This document shows, piece after piece, positions 27,992 through 39,082 of a stretch of 64,000 bases of DNA. The translations under genes and the position numbers were made by a program. The notes under the pieces were generated by a model, which was not told the DNA's origin, made no database searches, and saw only the letters and a list, made by a program, of their open reading frames with translations. The stretch spans positions 31,990 through 95,989 of the forward strand of contig CAMSQA010000003.1 in NCBI GenBank assembly GCA_947062475.1, given 5' to 3'. This stretch comes from an uncultured Clostridia bacterium. Its GTDB lineage: Bacteria; Bacillota; Clostridia; Christensenellales; UBA1242. Every line of letters begins with the position of its first letter. Positions within the stretch are counted from its first letter, which is position 1.

Positions 27992-29824
27992 ATGAAAAAC
28001 GAAAAAATTAGAAATATTGCTATTATTGCCCATGTTGATCACGGCAAAACTTCGCTTGTAAATGAGCTTTTAAAACAAGGAAGCGTATTTAGAGACAATC
28101 AAGTTGTTGAAGATAGGGTTATGGACTCAAACGCACTTGAAAGAGAAAGAGGAATCACTATTCTTTCAAAAAACTGCTCTTGTCTTTATGGTGACACAAA
28201 AATCAACATCATTGACACACCAGGACATGCCGATTTTGGTGGAGAAGTTGAACGCGTTTTGAAGATGGTTGATGGTGTTTTGCTTGTTGTAGACGCTTAT
28301 GAAGGTCCTATGCCTCAAACTCGTTTCGTGCTTGAAAAGGCACTTGCTCTCAAACTTAAAGTAATTGTAGTTGTCAACAAAATCGACAGAGCTGATGCAA
28401 GAATCAGTGAAGTCATTGATGAAGTGCTTGAACTTTTCCTCGAACTTGATGCTGATGAAGAACAGCTTAATTCTCCTTTCATTTTTGCGTCTGCAAGAGC
28501 TGGAATTGCCAGTGAAAACCAAAATGAAAAGGGCAGTGATATGAGTGCCCTCTTTAATAAAATCATCGAATATGTCCCAGCTCCTGAAGGTGAAGAACAA
28601 GAGGCATGTCAAATGCTTGTTTCTTCTGCTGAGCATAATGAATATGTGGGAAAGCTTGCTGTTGGGAAAATTTCTAGAGGTTCAATCAAGGTTGGTCAAA
28701 GTGTCACTCTTTGCAATTATCATGACGAAAGCAAAAAAACAAGATCAAAAGTTGTCAGTCTTTTTGTTTTTGAAGGTCTCAAAAAAGTGCCTGTTGAAAG
28801 CGCCAGTGTTGGCGAAATCGTCTGCATTGCTGGTCTTGAAGGTGTGCAGATTGGCGATACAATCTGTGACAGCAATGTGGTTGAACCAATTGAATTTGTC
28901 AAGATTGCTGAGCCAAGTGTAGAAATGACGTTTATGGTAAATGATAGTCCGCTTGCAGGACGAGAAGGCAAGTTTGTGACATCTCGTCACCTTCGTGACA
29001 GACTTTATAAAGAGGCAATCAAAGATCTCTCACTTCGCGTGCAAGATGGAGAGACCGCCGAGCAATTTAAGGTGAGTGGAAGAGGTGAAATGCATCTTTC
29101 AATCCTGATAGAAAACATGAGAAGAGATGGCTATGAATTTCAAGTTTCAATGCCAAAAGTTCTCATCAAGGAGATTGATGGTGTCAAGTGCGAACCAATC
29201 GATAGACTTATACTTGATGTCCCAGAAGATTGCACAGGTGTTGTTATGCAAAAAATGGGCGTTCGTAAGGGAGAACTTGTGCAGATGAATCCACATGGAA
29301 ATCGTATTAAAATGGAATTTTTGATTCCTTCAAGAGGTTTGTTTGGATTTAAGAGTGAACTTTTGACTGATACAAAGGGTGAAGGCGTCATCAATTCAGT
29401 ATTCTATGATTATCAGCCATGGAAGGGTGAAATCAAACGTCGTGATGTTGGCTCTTTGGTTGCTCATGAAGATGGTGAAGCAATTGTTTATGGTCTTTTC
29501 AATGCTCAAGAGAGAGGAGAACTTTTTGTTGAAGCGGGAATGAAGGTCTATGCTGGCATGGTTGTCGGCTCAAACCCAAAAGGCGGAGACATCGTTGTTA
29601 ATGTTTGCAAGAAAAAGCATCTTTCAAACTGTCGTGCCTCTGGTTCTGACGATGCACTTAGGCTTACACCAGCAAAAAAGATGAGTCTTGAGGATGACAT
29701 TGAGTTTTTGGCAGATGATGAAATCCTTGAAGTCACACCAAAGAGTTTAAGAATACGCAAGATTATTCTAGACCATAATCTTAGAAATCGTGAACGCGGA
29801 AAGGCTTTAAGAGGTGAAATTTAA
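27992..29824 (+). CDS. typA: Translational GTPase TypA/BipA
   Basis: [18 protein letters not shown] (G1), [14 protein letters not shown] (G3), NKID (G4). About 610 aa with EF-G-like domains. The start was trimmed to the ATG downstream of the promoter. Confidence 0.93.
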   Translation: MKNEKIRNIAIIAHVDHGKTSLVNELLKQGSVFRDNQVVEDRVMDSNALERERGITILSKNCSCLYGDTKINIIDTPGHADFGGEVERVLKMVDGVLLVVDAYEGPMPQTRFVLEKALALKLKVIVVVNKIDRADARISEVIDEVLELFLELDADEEQLNSPFIFASARAGIASENQNEKGSDMSALFNKIIEYVPAPEGEEQEACQMLVSSAEHNEYVGKLAVGKISRGSIKVGQSVTLCNYHDESKKTRSKVVSLFVFEGLKKVPVESASVGEIVCIAGLEGVQIGDTICDSNVVEPIEFVKIAEPSVEMTFMVNDSPLAGREGKFVTSRHLRDRLYKEAIKDLSLRVQDGETAEQFKVSGRGEMHLSILIENMRRDGYEFQVSMPKVLIKEIDGVKCEPIDRLILDVPEDCTGVVMQKMGVRKGELVQMNPHGNRIKMEFLIPSRGLFGFKSELLTDTKGEGVINSVFYDYQPWKGEIKRRDVGSLVAHEDGEAIVYGLFNAQERGELFVEAGMKVYAGMVVGSNPKGGDIVVNVCKKKHLSNCRASGSDDALRLTPAKKMSLEDDIEFLADDEILEVTPKSLRIRKIILDHNLRNRERGKALRGEI

Positions 29825-29897
29825 GATTAAAAAAATCTAAAGAAATCTTATAAAAAATTTTTATCAACAAATTTGTTTTTGTTGAAGGGAGGGTGAT

Positions 29898-30167
29898 ATG
29901 ATTATCAATCCAGAAGAAAAGAGAGATTTAAAAAAATCAAGCAAAAGACTTGCTATATTTCTACTCTTAATCTTTATCATTGATGGTTTTATCGCCTTTC
30001 TCTTTTTTAAATATACCAAAATTCACACCGCACTTTGTGTGTTTATATTGCTGGTTGCTACCACAATATTTTACTTGCTGTTTTTGTGGATTTGTGGTAA
30101 AATTGACAAAAAGCGGGAAAAGCGACTTTCAGAAAGTGGCAAGAAAGACCCATTCACTAAAGAATAA
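29898..30167 (+). CDS. Small membrane protein (2 TM)
   Basis: GGGAGGGTG RBS. Two hydrophobic helices. Confidence 0.5.
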   Translation: MIINPEEKRDLKKSSKRLAIFLLLIFIIDGFIAFLFFKYTKIHTALCVFILLVATTIFYLLFLWICGKIDKKREKRLSESGKKDPFTKE

Positions 30168-30244
30168 AAACTTTAAAATTAAAAATCTTGAAAAGATTAA
30201 AGTTTTAAAGCTTAAGTTTCAAACTTTATGCATAGGAGGAGAAA

Positions 30245-31681
30245 ATGGCAGAATATAAAATTATGCCACACAATATTGAGGCAGAACAGTCAGTTTTGGG
30301 GGCTATTCTCATTGACTTGCAGGCACAAATTGATATTTTTGGCATGATGAAAGAGGATGATTTTTATTCTCAGGCTCACAAAAGCATTTATGCTGTGATG
30401 AACAAAATCTATCAGCGTTCAGAGCCTGTTGATTTTGTCACGCTCACCGATCAACTTGATCAAGACAAGGTGCTTGACAAGGTTGGTGGAATAGAATATA
30501 TTACATCACTGACAAATGTTGTGCCATCTGCAGCAAACTTTAAGTTTTATTGCGAGATTGTCAAATCTGATTCTGTCAAAAGAAAACTCATTTATTCAGG
30601 ACAAAAGATAATTGAAAGTGCTTATGAATTTGAAGATAAAGAAAAATGTCTACAGCTTGCTGAAAAAGAAATCTTTGATATAGCTGAAAAGCAATCACGG
30701 TCAGCACTTGAACATGTTGGCAGCAGTGATGGTGCAGTCAAGCATGTCATAGACAAGTTTGATCAAATAGCAAAAGACCCTTATTCAATTAAGGGTATTC
30801 CAACTGGTTATCGAGACCTTGACGCAATCACAAATGGCTTGCATAACAGCGACCTTGTTTTGCTTGCAGCCCGTCCAGGTATCGGAAAGACATCCTTTTC
30901 AATGAATATACTTGTCAATGCTGCGATTGATCATGGCAAAAAGTGTGCAATATTTTCGCTTGAAATGAGCAGAGATCAGCTTATGCAAAGGGCAATTTGC
31001 TCGCTTGCAAAAGTGCCAATGTCAAGGGCACTAAATGGTTCTATGGATGGTGAAGAATGGAAACGCATATGGACTGCAGCTAAAAAACTTGAATCAAGCG
31101 GACTTTATATAGATGATAGTTCGCTCACAACACCTGCCGATATCCTCACAAAATGCAGACGTCTTAAAGCAAAAGATGGTCTTGATATTGTGATGATTGA
31201 CTATATTCAGCTTATGAGTTCTGCTGGCGGAAGAAAGAGTGATAATCGTCAGAATGAAATCAGCGATATTTCAAGAAACTTAAAAATTGCGGCAAAGGAG
31301 TTGAATGTGCCAATTATTGCTCTATCTCAGCTTTCACGTGGTGTTGAAAGTAGACAGGGTGATCATAGACCTATGCTGTCTGACCTTAGAGATTCTGGTG
31401 CGATTGAGCAGGATGCCGACATTGTAATGTTTTTATATAATCCTGAAAAGTATAACGATGTTGAACAGGAAGATGAACCTGGCACTATCGAACTTATAAT
31501 TGCAAAACACAGAAATGGTGGGACGGGGACTGTTAAACTGCGTTGGATTGGCGAATATACAACCTTTGTCAATCTTGGTGAAAAAACTCAGCCTATAAAA
31601 AAGGCAGAAAAAGTAGAAGTTGATGAGGTAGAAGAAATGCCTATTGACAACATGACTGATGTTGATGTTTTTGATAATTAA
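30245..31681 (+). CDS. dnaB: Replicative DNA helicase DnaB
   Basis: PHNIEAEQSVLGAIL, Walker A ARPGIGKTSF, IDYIQLM, IALSQLSR, IAKHRNGGTG. Confidence 0.95.
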   Translation: MAEYKIMPHNIEAEQSVLGAILIDLQAQIDIFGMMKEDDFYSQAHKSIYAVMNKIYQRSEPVDFVTLTDQLDQDKVLDKVGGIEYITSLTNVVPSAANFKFYCEIVKSDSVKRKLIYSGQKIIESAYEFEDKEKCLQLAEKEIFDIAEKQSRSALEHVGSSDGAVKHVIDKFDQIAKDPYSIKGIPTGYRDLDAITNGLHNSDLVLLAARPGIGKTSFSMNILVNAAIDHGKKCAIFSLEMSRDQLMQRAICSLAKVPMSRALNGSMDGEEWKRIWTAAKKLESSGLYIDDSSLTTPADILTKCRRLKAKDGLDIVMIDYIQLMSSAGGRKSDNRQNEISDISRNLKIAAKELNVPIIALSQLSRGVESRQGDHRPMLSDLRDSGAIEQDADIVMFLYNPEKYNDVEQEDEPGTIELIIAKHRNGGTGTVKLRWIGEYTTFVNLGEKTQPIKKAEKVEVDEVEEMPIDNMTDVDVFDN

Positions 31682-31806
31682 TATAAAAAATTTAAGATTT
31701 TCAAGTTTTCGCTTGAAAGTGCAGTTAAAATGATGTAATATAATATTGTAAAAAAATTGGTTATTCGACTTATTTTAAACTTTAAAAAAATAAAAAAGGA
31801 GGCGAC

Positions 31807-32799
31807 ATGGCAAAAGGTAATTCAAAAAGTTATTCTGCAGGTGGCGGGAAAAAATGGCTTATAGCAATCGCACTTGTTGTGCTTGTTGCAATTGTCGTTG
31901 TGGTGGTTTTGATTTGCATTCCGCCAAACACTTATAATGCAATTCAAACTTTAAATAGGACTACTCAAACTTCCTTTTTGGTAAACTCGTCAAAGGATCG
32001 AGAAATTTATGATGATCTTCAAAAAAGAATAAATGAAAGCTCGAAGTTCAGTGGCTATGCTCAAGAACTTGAAGATCTAAAAAAAGTATCTTATTCAATT
32101 CACGAAGTGCTTGATTTTTACAATAGCAGTCTGATTTTTGCGTCAAACAATAAAAATTTAAAAAAGAATTTCAAACCTATCAAAAACAACCTAAACCAAG
32201 CAAAAGATATACAAGCAAGATTGACAAAGTCATTAAATAAGATGAAGGATATAAACAAGGAATCTGATTCAATAAGAAATGCATTTGTTGACTTCAGGGC
32301 TGATTATATAAGCTGGTTAAAGGCAAATCAAGGTGCAATTCATGCATTAAATTCTGCTTATACAGGCTCTATGGGCAATATTTTGGAAAACAATCTTGCA
32401 AGCAAAAATATTTTGAGAGCGGTTGATGACATGATTAGTGTTATGATTTCAAGTCTTGAGAAAACAAAAGAGGGAGACAAAAAAGGCAGCTCGCTTGCTT
32501 CAGGATATTATAAAAGTCATGAAGTGACATCGCTTTTTGTAGATTTTGTAGCAAACAATTTGTCAAAAAACAAGCCATTGACTCCAATAAAAAATTATTA
32601 TTTTAATGAAACTATTCAAGAAAACTATTCAAAATTTGACAAGTTTTTCAAGTTCTACAATCAAAAAGACCTCACTGAAATAATCTCTTCTGTGCGAAAG
32701 AATGATGATAAATATGTTTTCAATAAAATTTTTAATGATGTAGAAGATACTGAGAATTTATATGACACAGTCAAAGCAATTTTGGGAGGTGCATTGTGA
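31807..32799 (+). CDS. Hypothetical N-terminally anchored protein
   Basis: AAGGAGG RBS. One N-terminal TM (WLIAIALVVLVAIVVVVVLICI). Confidence 0.55.
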   Translation: MAKGNSKSYSAGGGKKWLIAIALVVLVAIVVVVVLICIPPNTYNAIQTLNRTTQTSFLVNSSKDREIYDDLQKRINESSKFSGYAQELEDLKKVSYSIHEVLDFYNSSLIFASNNKNLKKNFKPIKNNLNQAKDIQARLTKSLNKMKDINKESDSIRNAFVDFRADYISWLKANQGAIHALNSAYTGSMGNILENNLASKNILRAVDDMISVMISSLEKTKEGDKKGSSLASGYYKSHEVTSLFVDFVANNLSKNKPLTPIKNYYFNETIQENYSKFDKFFKFYNQKDLTEIISSVRKNDDKYVFNKIFNDVEDTENLYDTVKAILGGAL

Positions 32800-33821
32800 A
32801 AGTGAAAAAGTTTATTTTACCAATTGTGCTTTCTCTTGTGATTGCCCTTTCTGGGTTCACTCTTTTTGGATGTGGAAAAAAGGAAGATAAGCAAGAAACA
32901 TATAAGTTGGTTTCTGGCGTAATAGATACTTTAAAAGCAGATGATACACTTTTTGAAACAAAGACAACGCATGGTCTTTCAACAGAATTTTCAATCAAGG
33001 ATATTGGTTATAAATCATCTCAAAATTCTTCACTCACAGGATATCAATATTATATTTCAGTTTTAGGTGGCGGTCTTAATTTTATAAATGATTACTATGG
33101 CTTGCTTAACACTGAACAGGGTGTAGTGAGAAATCCAGCATTAAATGAAGCAACAAAGACAATGAAGAATAGCTATGACAACATGAAGATTGAGCATGGC
33201 AAATTGCTGGATGCAAAAAATGTTTCAAATCTCAATTATGAAATTTATAATGGATATTTCTATAATTATAGAATTTCAGTTTCAAACTTTATAAGCAAAG
33301 TTTATGATTGTGCTTTCTCGCTTGCAAACTATCTTGACAGATATTTAAATATTTCTGCAAATGTGGGAAAGGAAAGCATGACTCAAGAGAGTTTTGAATT
33401 TTATATAGATTATGAATATTTGAAAGTTTATGATGATTTCAAAGTTTTGTATATGAATTCTGCATGCGGTGCAGATTTGAATGTCAGCCTTGTTGAAAAT
33501 CAAATTAAAAATGTATTTACAAAGTTTAATGAGCTTACAGCAAAAGAAAAAGCACCTGCAGGAGGGCTAAAAAACGCAGAAAGTTTGGTGACGATGTTTA
33601 AACAACTTGCTCAGTCACGCGTTGATGCACAACAGGCAATGAATGGTTTTTCGATATACCGATTTGTCGAAGTTTATGGTCAAGATTTGGCAGCATATAA
33701 AAAAGACAGCGAAAATGCTGAGACATATTATAATAAAATCATCAATTATTTTACAAGTGACTCTTCAACTATAAATCTTTTGATAAACAAACTTGAAAAT
33801 GATGTTGTAAATTCAATATAA
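32796..33821 (+). CDS. Putative lipoprotein
   Basis: The GTG start overlaps the upstream stop (GTGA). Lipobox FTLFGC. Confidence 0.55.
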   Translation: MKVKKFILPIVLSLVIALSGFTLFGCGKKEDKQETYKLVSGVIDTLKADDTLFETKTTHGLSTEFSIKDIGYKSSQNSSLTGYQYYISVLGGGLNFINDYYGLLNTEQGVVRNPALNEATKTMKNSYDNMKIEHGKLLDAKNVSNLNYEIYNGYFYNYRISVSNFISKVYDCAFSLANYLDRYLNISANVGKESMTQESFEFYIDYEYLKVYDDFKVLYMNSACGADLNVSLVENQIKNVFTKFNELTAKEKAPAGGLKNAESLVTMFKQLAQSRVDAQQAMNGFSIYRFVEVYGQDLAAYKKDSENAETYYNKIINYFTSDSSTINLLINKLENDVVNSI

Positions 33822-33911
33822 AAAAACTTTGTGTAAAAAATAAATATAAAGTAAAATTAAATTCTCCTATGAGCATACTTCTTGAAACATTGGATAGAAA
33901 GATAAATATTT

Positions 33912-33944
33912 AAAAAAAATATCGCAACGTTGCGATATTTTTTG
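33912..33944. terminator. Bidirectional rho-independent terminator
   Basis: Perfect palindrome AATATCGCAACGTTGCGATATT, flanked by A8 and T6. Confidence 0.8.
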
Positions 33945-34071
33945 TTTTGAAAGGTATGAAAAACGTATATAATGTGAGCGAGTTATTGTTTTTATTTCAG
34001 ATATGAAGTTAATATTTCTTTTAATTCATTGTTTGCACTTCAAACTATCAAAAATTAGTGAGCTTATATGT

Positions 34072-34099
34072 TTGATTTTTTTTAGTTTTGTGCTATAAT
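34072..34099 (+). promoter_or_regulatory. gltX promoter (extended -10)
   Basis: TTGATT (34072-77), 16 nt including TGc, TATAAT (34094-99). Confidence 0.6.
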
Positions 34100-34125
34100 G
34101 ACAATATATTTTTTAAGGAGCTTTT

Positions 34126-35763
34126 ATGAATTATAATGATATTGCAAATCTTATCTTTCCAGATGTGACATTATCAACCGATGAAATATTTGATAGATAT
34201 CCAAAGCGTAAACTAAAAGAAGGGCAGATGGTGACAAGATTTGCACCAAGCCCAACAGGTCTTGTGCATATTGGTAATTTTTTTCAAGCATTTATAAGTT
34301 ATAATATCGCCAAAAATACAGATGGTGTGCTTTTTTTAAGAATTGAAGATACAGACCGAAAACGTGAAAAGGTTGAGGCAAAAAAGGTGCTTTATGATGT
34401 GCTTGATAATTTTGATATGAAATTTGATGAATACCAAACTTTGGATGGGGCGGATAAGGGGGATTATGGCCCTTATGTGCAAAGTCAGAGGGTGGAAATT
34501 TACAAAGCTTTTGCCAAAAAATTGGTAAGCGAAGGTAAGGCTTTTCCTTGTTTTTGCAAAAAAACAGAGGGCAAGGAAGATGTTTTAAAGTTGAGAGAAA
34601 CAAAATTTGTGGAAGATGATGAAAAAGAATATGACCCTTGCAGAAATTTGAGCTATGAAGAAATAAAAAAACATATCGACAATGGCGAAAGTTTTGCAAT
34701 TAGATTAAAAACAAAAAATCAGGGCAATGAAAGAATCAAGTTTAATGACCTTATAAAAGGAGAACTTGAAGCCAAAGCCAATGCAAAAGATTTTGTAATC
34801 TTAAAGAGTGATGGCACACCTCCATATCCTTTCGCTCATGCCATAGATGATACTTTGATGGGCACAACTATAGTTGTGAGAGGAGAGGAGTATATTGCAT
34901 CAACTCCTGCTCATATAGAACTTTTTGAGGCACTTGGTTTCAAGCAAATTCAATACTGTCACAATCCTCTTATATATAAACTAAATGAGCTTGGCAATCG
35001 TCGTAAAATTTCAAAGAGGTATGACCCAGAATCAAATATGATGTTTTTTGTGGAGAATGGATATCCAAAAGAAGCGGTTTTTGAATATCTTTTAAATATG
35101 ATAAATTCAGGATTTGAAATTTGGAGGAAGAATAATCCAGAAAAAAGCTGGAAGGAATTTAAGTTTAAGCCTTCCCAAATCACAACAGTTGCACCTATAT
35201 TTGACCTTGTCAAGCTGAACGATATTTCAAAAAATGTAATTTCTCTTATTAGCGGAGAAAAGCTTTTCAACTATTGGCTTGAATGGGCAAAGGTCTATGA
35301 TGAGTCTCTTGCAAAAGTGCTTGAAAATGATAGAGAAAAATTTGTCCGTGTCTGCCAAATGGACAGAGATGGAAAAACAAAGCCAAGAAAGGATATTTTT
35401 AATTATGCAATGATGAAAGACAAATTCCATTATTTTTTTGATAGACCTGTTAAGTTTAATATAGATGATGAAGATAGAGAAAAGGCAGAAGAATTTTTGA
35501 GCGAATATAGAAAAAATTTCAAAATGCCATCATCAAATGAAGAATGGTTTGAATCAGTAAAAATCCTTGCAGGAAAACTGGGATATGCCACTGACAACAA
35601 ACTTTACAAGGCAAATCCAAACGAATATAAGGGCAATATTGCAAAAGCATGTGAATTTATACGCCTAGCTATTACTGGCGAAAAGGATTCTCCAACCCTA
35701 TTTACTATTATGGAAATTTTGGGTGAAGAAGAAGTCAAAAATAGACTTAATGTAAAGTTTTAA
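34126..35763 (+). CDS. gltX: Glutamate--tRNA ligase (long form, 545 aa)
   Basis: RFAPSPTGLVHIGN (HIGH motif), KISKR (KMSKS motif), class I GluRS architecture. Confidence 0.85.
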   Translation: MNYNDIANLIFPDVTLSTDEIFDRYPKRKLKEGQMVTRFAPSPTGLVHIGNFFQAFISYNIAKNTDGVLFLRIEDTDRKREKVEAKKVLYDVLDNFDMKFDEYQTLDGADKGDYGPYVQSQRVEIYKAFAKKLVSEGKAFPCFCKKTEGKEDVLKLRETKFVEDDEKEYDPCRNLSYEEIKKHIDNGESFAIRLKTKNQGNERIKFNDLIKGELEAKANAKDFVILKSDGTPPYPFAHAIDDTLMGTTIVVRGEEYIASTPAHIELFEALGFKQIQYCHNPLIYKLNELGNRRKISKRYDPESNMMFFVENGYPKEAVFEYLLNMINSGFEIWRKNNPEKSWKEFKFKPSQITTVAPIFDLVKLNDISKNVISLISGEKLFNYWLEWAKVYDESLAKVLENDREKFVRVCQMDRDGKTKPRKDIFNYAMMKDKFHYFFDRPVKFNIDDEDREKAEEFLSEYRKNFKMPSSNEEWFESVKILAGKLGYATDNKLYKANPNEYKGNIAKACEFIRLAITGEKDSPTLFTIMEILGEEEVKNRLNVKF

Positions 35764-35790
35764 GCTTTCTTTTATAGATATAAATAAAAA

Positions 35791-35820
35791 AATCACAAAC
35801 TTCTGCTTGTGATTTTTTTT
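35791..35820 (+). terminator. Rho-independent terminator after gltX
   Basis: AATCACAA/TTGTGATT stem followed by T8. Confidence 0.8.
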
Positions 35821-35895
35821 GAACATAAAAATTCAACAAAATATTTCTTCTTTGTAAAAAGAACAATTTGAGCAGTATATTTCATAAATAATTTT

Positions 35896-36111
35896 ATGAT
35901 AAAAGATGATAGCTTTGAAAGTAAAAAAGACAAAAATTGCAATAAGACTGCCAAAATATGTTTGACAGGCCCTGAGATTGTCACTTTGGCAGGCAGTATA
36001 GCTATTTGTTTGAATGAAAAATATTGCAAGGATGATTTAAAAAAATTAAAACATCTCTTTTCGACAATTTGTGCAAATATCTCAGTTATTGAGCATGACA
36101 AACATGACTAG
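35896..36111 (+). CDS. Small hypothetical protein (71 aa)
   Basis: The + strand ORF has protein-like composition (PEIVTLAGSIAICLNEKYCKDDLKKLKHLFSTICANISVIE). The overlapping minus-strand ORF looks like an antisense artefact. No strong RBS. Confidence 0.4.
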   Translation: MIKDDSFESKKDKNCNKTAKICLTGPEIVTLAGSIAICLNEKYCKDDLKKLKHLFSTICANISVIEHDKHD

Positions 36112-36618
36112 TTAAATAATTTTGCAAATTAAACAAGCGACAACTGACCCTACTACTGTGGCAATCAGTGCGATAGGAATTGCATACAAAAGACGTTTGA
36201 CTTTTGTTTGTGATGTGTAAACCGCAGTCACATAAAAGATTGTTTCACTGCAGCCTAATATCACACAAGCACATCGTGAAATATAACTATCCGCCCCATA
36301 TTCTATAAGCACATCATTTAAAAGTGCAAAACTGCCTGAGCCTGTGAAAGGTCGAAGCAAAACAAGTTCAATAAGCTGGCTTGGGACACCAAGAAATGTA
36401 AAAATAGGCGAAAAAAATTTGGCAAGAAGTATTGTTATTCCACTTACACGCAAAAGTGCAACCGCAATCATTATTGTCGCGATATATGGAAAGATATCAA
36501 TTACAAGAGGAATTGCTTTTTTCCCGCCTTTGACAAAGGTAGAATAAGTATTGATTTTTTTATATTTTGAATAACAAAAGAGGGCTACAAAGATGATGGG
36601 AAGAATATATGCACTCAT
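36112..36618 (-). CDS. spmB: Spore maturation protein B-like (nucleoside recognition domain membrane protein)
   Basis: Polytopic membrane protein. 4-nt overlap with the upstream spmA-like gene. SpmB-size, with a typical pattern. Confidence 0.7.
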   Translation of the reverse strand: MSAYILPIIFVALFCYSKYKKINTYSTFVKGGKKAIPLVIDIFPYIATIMIAVALLRVSGITILLAKFFSPIFTFLGVPSQLIELVLLRPFTGSGSFALLNDVLIEYGADSYISRCACVILGCSETIFYVTAVYTSQTKVKRLLYAIPIALIATVVGSVVACLICKII

Positions 36619-37226
36619 TTTCTTCCTCCATTATTTTTTATTCTAATAGCTGTTTTTTTATGTTTCAGTTTTTCTCTTATTCTTCCGCAGATTTTTACTA
36701 AAAAAACGCCTACTATGCAGGTGCAAATTGTGGAGATAAGTGTGGGCAAAATGATATCAGCTGGCGTGGCAGAACCTGCACTTGCCCGCAAGCCTATAAT
36801 AGTAGAAGGAAGAAGTTGTATTGATGTTGCATTTAAGACAATAAGCATAATCACAGCATGGGTGGCAACTCCGCTACCGTCGTCCAGTCGTTTCATTGCA
36901 GCTATGCCCATTGGCGTGGCAGCATTGCCAAGTCCAAGCATATTTGCTGACATGTTGAGTGCAATCATTTTTTCGGTTTCTTCGTCATCGATTTTAAAAA
37001 GCCATTTGATTAGTGGATGTAGAAGTTTGGCAAGTTTTTGGCTTAATCCACTTTCTTCAACAATCTCCAAAATTCCAAGCCAGACCATATAAACACCGCA
37101 AAGCTCCACCGCAAGCTTAAGTGCGTCAGAAGAAGCACCAATCATCGTGCTGAGCATAAGCGAAGGATTGCTGAAAACCAAAAAACAAATTGATAAAACC
37201 ACCATTAGCAGCCAAATTAAATTCAT
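36615..37226 (-). CDS. spmA: Spore maturation protein A-like (nucleoside recognition domain membrane protein)
   Basis: MNLIWLLMVVLSI...GVYMVWLGILEIVEESGL...ALNMSANMLGLGNAATPMGI is typical of SpmA / Gate-domain proteins. Confidence 0.72.
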   Translation of the reverse strand: MNLIWLLMVVLSICFLVFSNPSLMLSTMIGASSDALKLAVELCGVYMVWLGILEIVEESGLSQKLAKLLHPLIKWLFKIDDEETEKMIALNMSANMLGLGNAATPMGIAAMKRLDDGSGVATHAVIMLIVLNATSIQLLPSTIIGLRASAGSATPADIILPTLISTICTCIVGVFLVKICGRIREKLKHKKTAIRIKNNGGRK

Positions 37227-37365
37227 AAAATAATTTATTCATAAATTCTATCAATTAGAATAGCTTGTCCATAAAAACGAAAATTTAATGTGCTTAAAAA
37301 ATTGACTTTTGTACTTATTTTATGCACAATATATAGAAAAGAAGTATTAGCTTAAGGGGACAATA

Positions 37366-38169
37366 ATGGAGAATGAAAATACCAGCACTAATAAACTAAT
37401 AGGTTTTGTTGACACTCATGCACACCTGACTGACAAAGCTTTCGATGAAGATAGGGTAGTAATAATTGAAAAAAGTAGACAACTTGGAATTGAAAAAATT
37501 ATTACTTCAGGTTTCAATATTTATTCTTCTATCGAGGCTCTTAAACTTGCAAAGAAAAATGAAGGGATTTATGCGTCTGTTGGAGTTTACCCAGAAAATA
37601 TTTTAGAACTTGACGATAAGGCAAAGACTGAGCTTGAAAAACTTGCACAAAATGAAAAGGTAGTTGCAATAGGTGAAATAGGACTTCAATACATTGGCAA
37701 CATGCCATCAAAAGAGAAACAAATAGAGGGATTTATCTATCAATTAAATCTTGCAAATACCCTTCATCTTCCTGTAGTTATTCATTGTAGAGAAGCAATT
37801 GGCGATATGCTGGAAATATTAAAAGCAAACAGACATCTATTAAATTTTGGTGGAACAATGCACTGCTTTAGTGGCAGTCTTGAAATGTCTAAAGAACTTT
37901 TAAAGCTTGGTCTGTATATCTCTGTGGGCGGTGTTTCAACCTTTAAAAATGCAACATCACTTCAAAAGACCTTGAGAGAAATTCCGATTGAAAGAATTTT
38001 GCTTGAAACAGATTGTCCATATCTTACCCCACATCCTTATAGAGGAAAGAAAAACAGTCCTTGTTATATTCCAACCATTGCAGAAAATCTTGCTAAGATT
38101 AAGGGTGAGGATCTTGAAAAAGTGATAAAACAAACAACTCAAAATGCGAAGGAGCTTTTTAAATTATGA
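37366..38169 (+). CDS. tatD: TatD family metal-dependent DNase/hydrolase
   Basis: DTHAHL, GEIGLQY, VVIHCREA, METDCPYLTP motifs. The TGA stop overlaps the rsmA ATG (ATGA). Confidence 0.9.
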   Translation: MENENTSTNKLIGFVDTHAHLTDKAFDEDRVVIIEKSRQLGIEKIITSGFNIYSSIEALKLAKKNEGIYASVGVYPENILELDDKAKTELEKLAQNEKVVAIGEIGLQYIGNMPSKEKQIEGFIYQLNLANTLHLPVVIHCREAIGDMLEILKANRHLLNFGGTMHCFSGSLEMSKELLKLGLYISVGGVSTFKNATSLQKTLREIPIERILLETDCPYLTPHPYRGKKNSPCYIPTIAENLAKIKGEDLEKVIKQTTQNAKELFKL

Positions 38170-38945
38170 TACAACACAATTTTAAGAAAAAATTTGGTCA
38201 AAACTTTATATCAGATAAAAATTTACTTATTGCAATTTGCTCTGACGCAAATGTGGAAAAAGAGGATGAAGTTTTAGAAATAGGTGCAGGTATGGGAAGC
38301 TTGACCTCCGCTCTCTCTAAAAATGCAAAAAGGGTTGTCAGCTATGAAATTGATAGAGACCTTAAAGAACAGCTTTTGTCACTTAAACTTGAAAATGTAG
38401 AATTTGTATTTGGCGATGTGATGAAGTTTTCGCTTGACCAAATTGAAAATGTCTTTACTGGAAGTTATAAATTGATAGCCAATCTGCCATACTATATTAC
38501 ATCACCTATTATCTTCAAATTTTTAAAATCTGATAAACTTAAATCACTGACCATTATGGTGCAAAAAGAGGTTGCAGAGCGGATTGTTGCGAGGGCAGGT
38601 GATAAAAATTATGGTGTTTTGTCTGTCTTGACAAGTTTTTATGGAAGTGCTGAAATTAAAAGAATTGTATCAAGAAAACTTTTCTATCCTCAGCCAAATG
38701 TTGACTCTGCAATCGTAACAATAATAGTCGATAAGGATAGAAACGCAGCCATTGATGAAAAAAAATTTTCAAAGTTTATCTGTTCGGCATTTGCAATGCG
38801 TAGAAAAACTTTAAAAAACAATCTCCTTCAAAGTGGGCTGTCAAAAGAAAGTTTGTCTGTCCTTAGTCCAGAGATACTTGCAAAAAGACCTGAACAATTC
38901 ACTTTAGAGCAGTTTATAGAAATTTATTTGAAAATATTTGATTGA
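38166..38945 (+). CDS. rsmA: 16S rRNA (adenine1518/1519-N6)-dimethyltransferase RsmA/KsgA
   Basis: KKKFGQNFI, SAM site EIGAGMGSLT, NLPYYITSPI. Confidence 0.92.
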   Translation: MIQHNFKKKFGQNFISDKNLLIAICSDANVEKEDEVLEIGAGMGSLTSALSKNAKRVVSYEIDRDLKEQLLSLKLENVEFVFGDVMKFSLDQIENVFTGSYKLIANLPYYITSPIIFKFLKSDKLKSLTIMVQKEVAERIVARAGDKNYGVLSVLTSFYGSAEIKRIVSRKLFYPQPNVDSAIVTIIVDKDRNAAIDEKKFSKFICSAFAMRRKTLKNNLLQSGLSKESLSVLSPEILAKRPEQFTLEQFIEIYLKIFD

Positions 38946-39082
38946 ATTTCTGACTTTTTCTTGTTTTTTGTATTTTTATTTGTTATAATGAAAATGATAA
39001 ATAGTATAACAAGGGTTAAGTTTGGCAAATTTCTTGACTGGTGTAATTTAAGCAGTGACTTATGCACTAAAAGGAGGAAAAC

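Noticed and set aside
28166-29760. Multiple 70-156-aa ORFs antisense or out of frame within typA (similar cases occur inside the ABC genes, dnaB, gltX and the 39083 and 56568 genes)
   Set aside because: They are embedded in strongly supported genes, lack RBSs, and have low-complexity composition typical of shadow ORFs.
35793-36101. 102-aa minus-strand ORF overlapping the 71-aa plus-strand ORF
   Set aside because: It begins inside the gltX terminator region and has Phe/Ser/Leu/Lys-rich shadow composition. The plus-strand frame looks more protein-like, though it too is low confidence.
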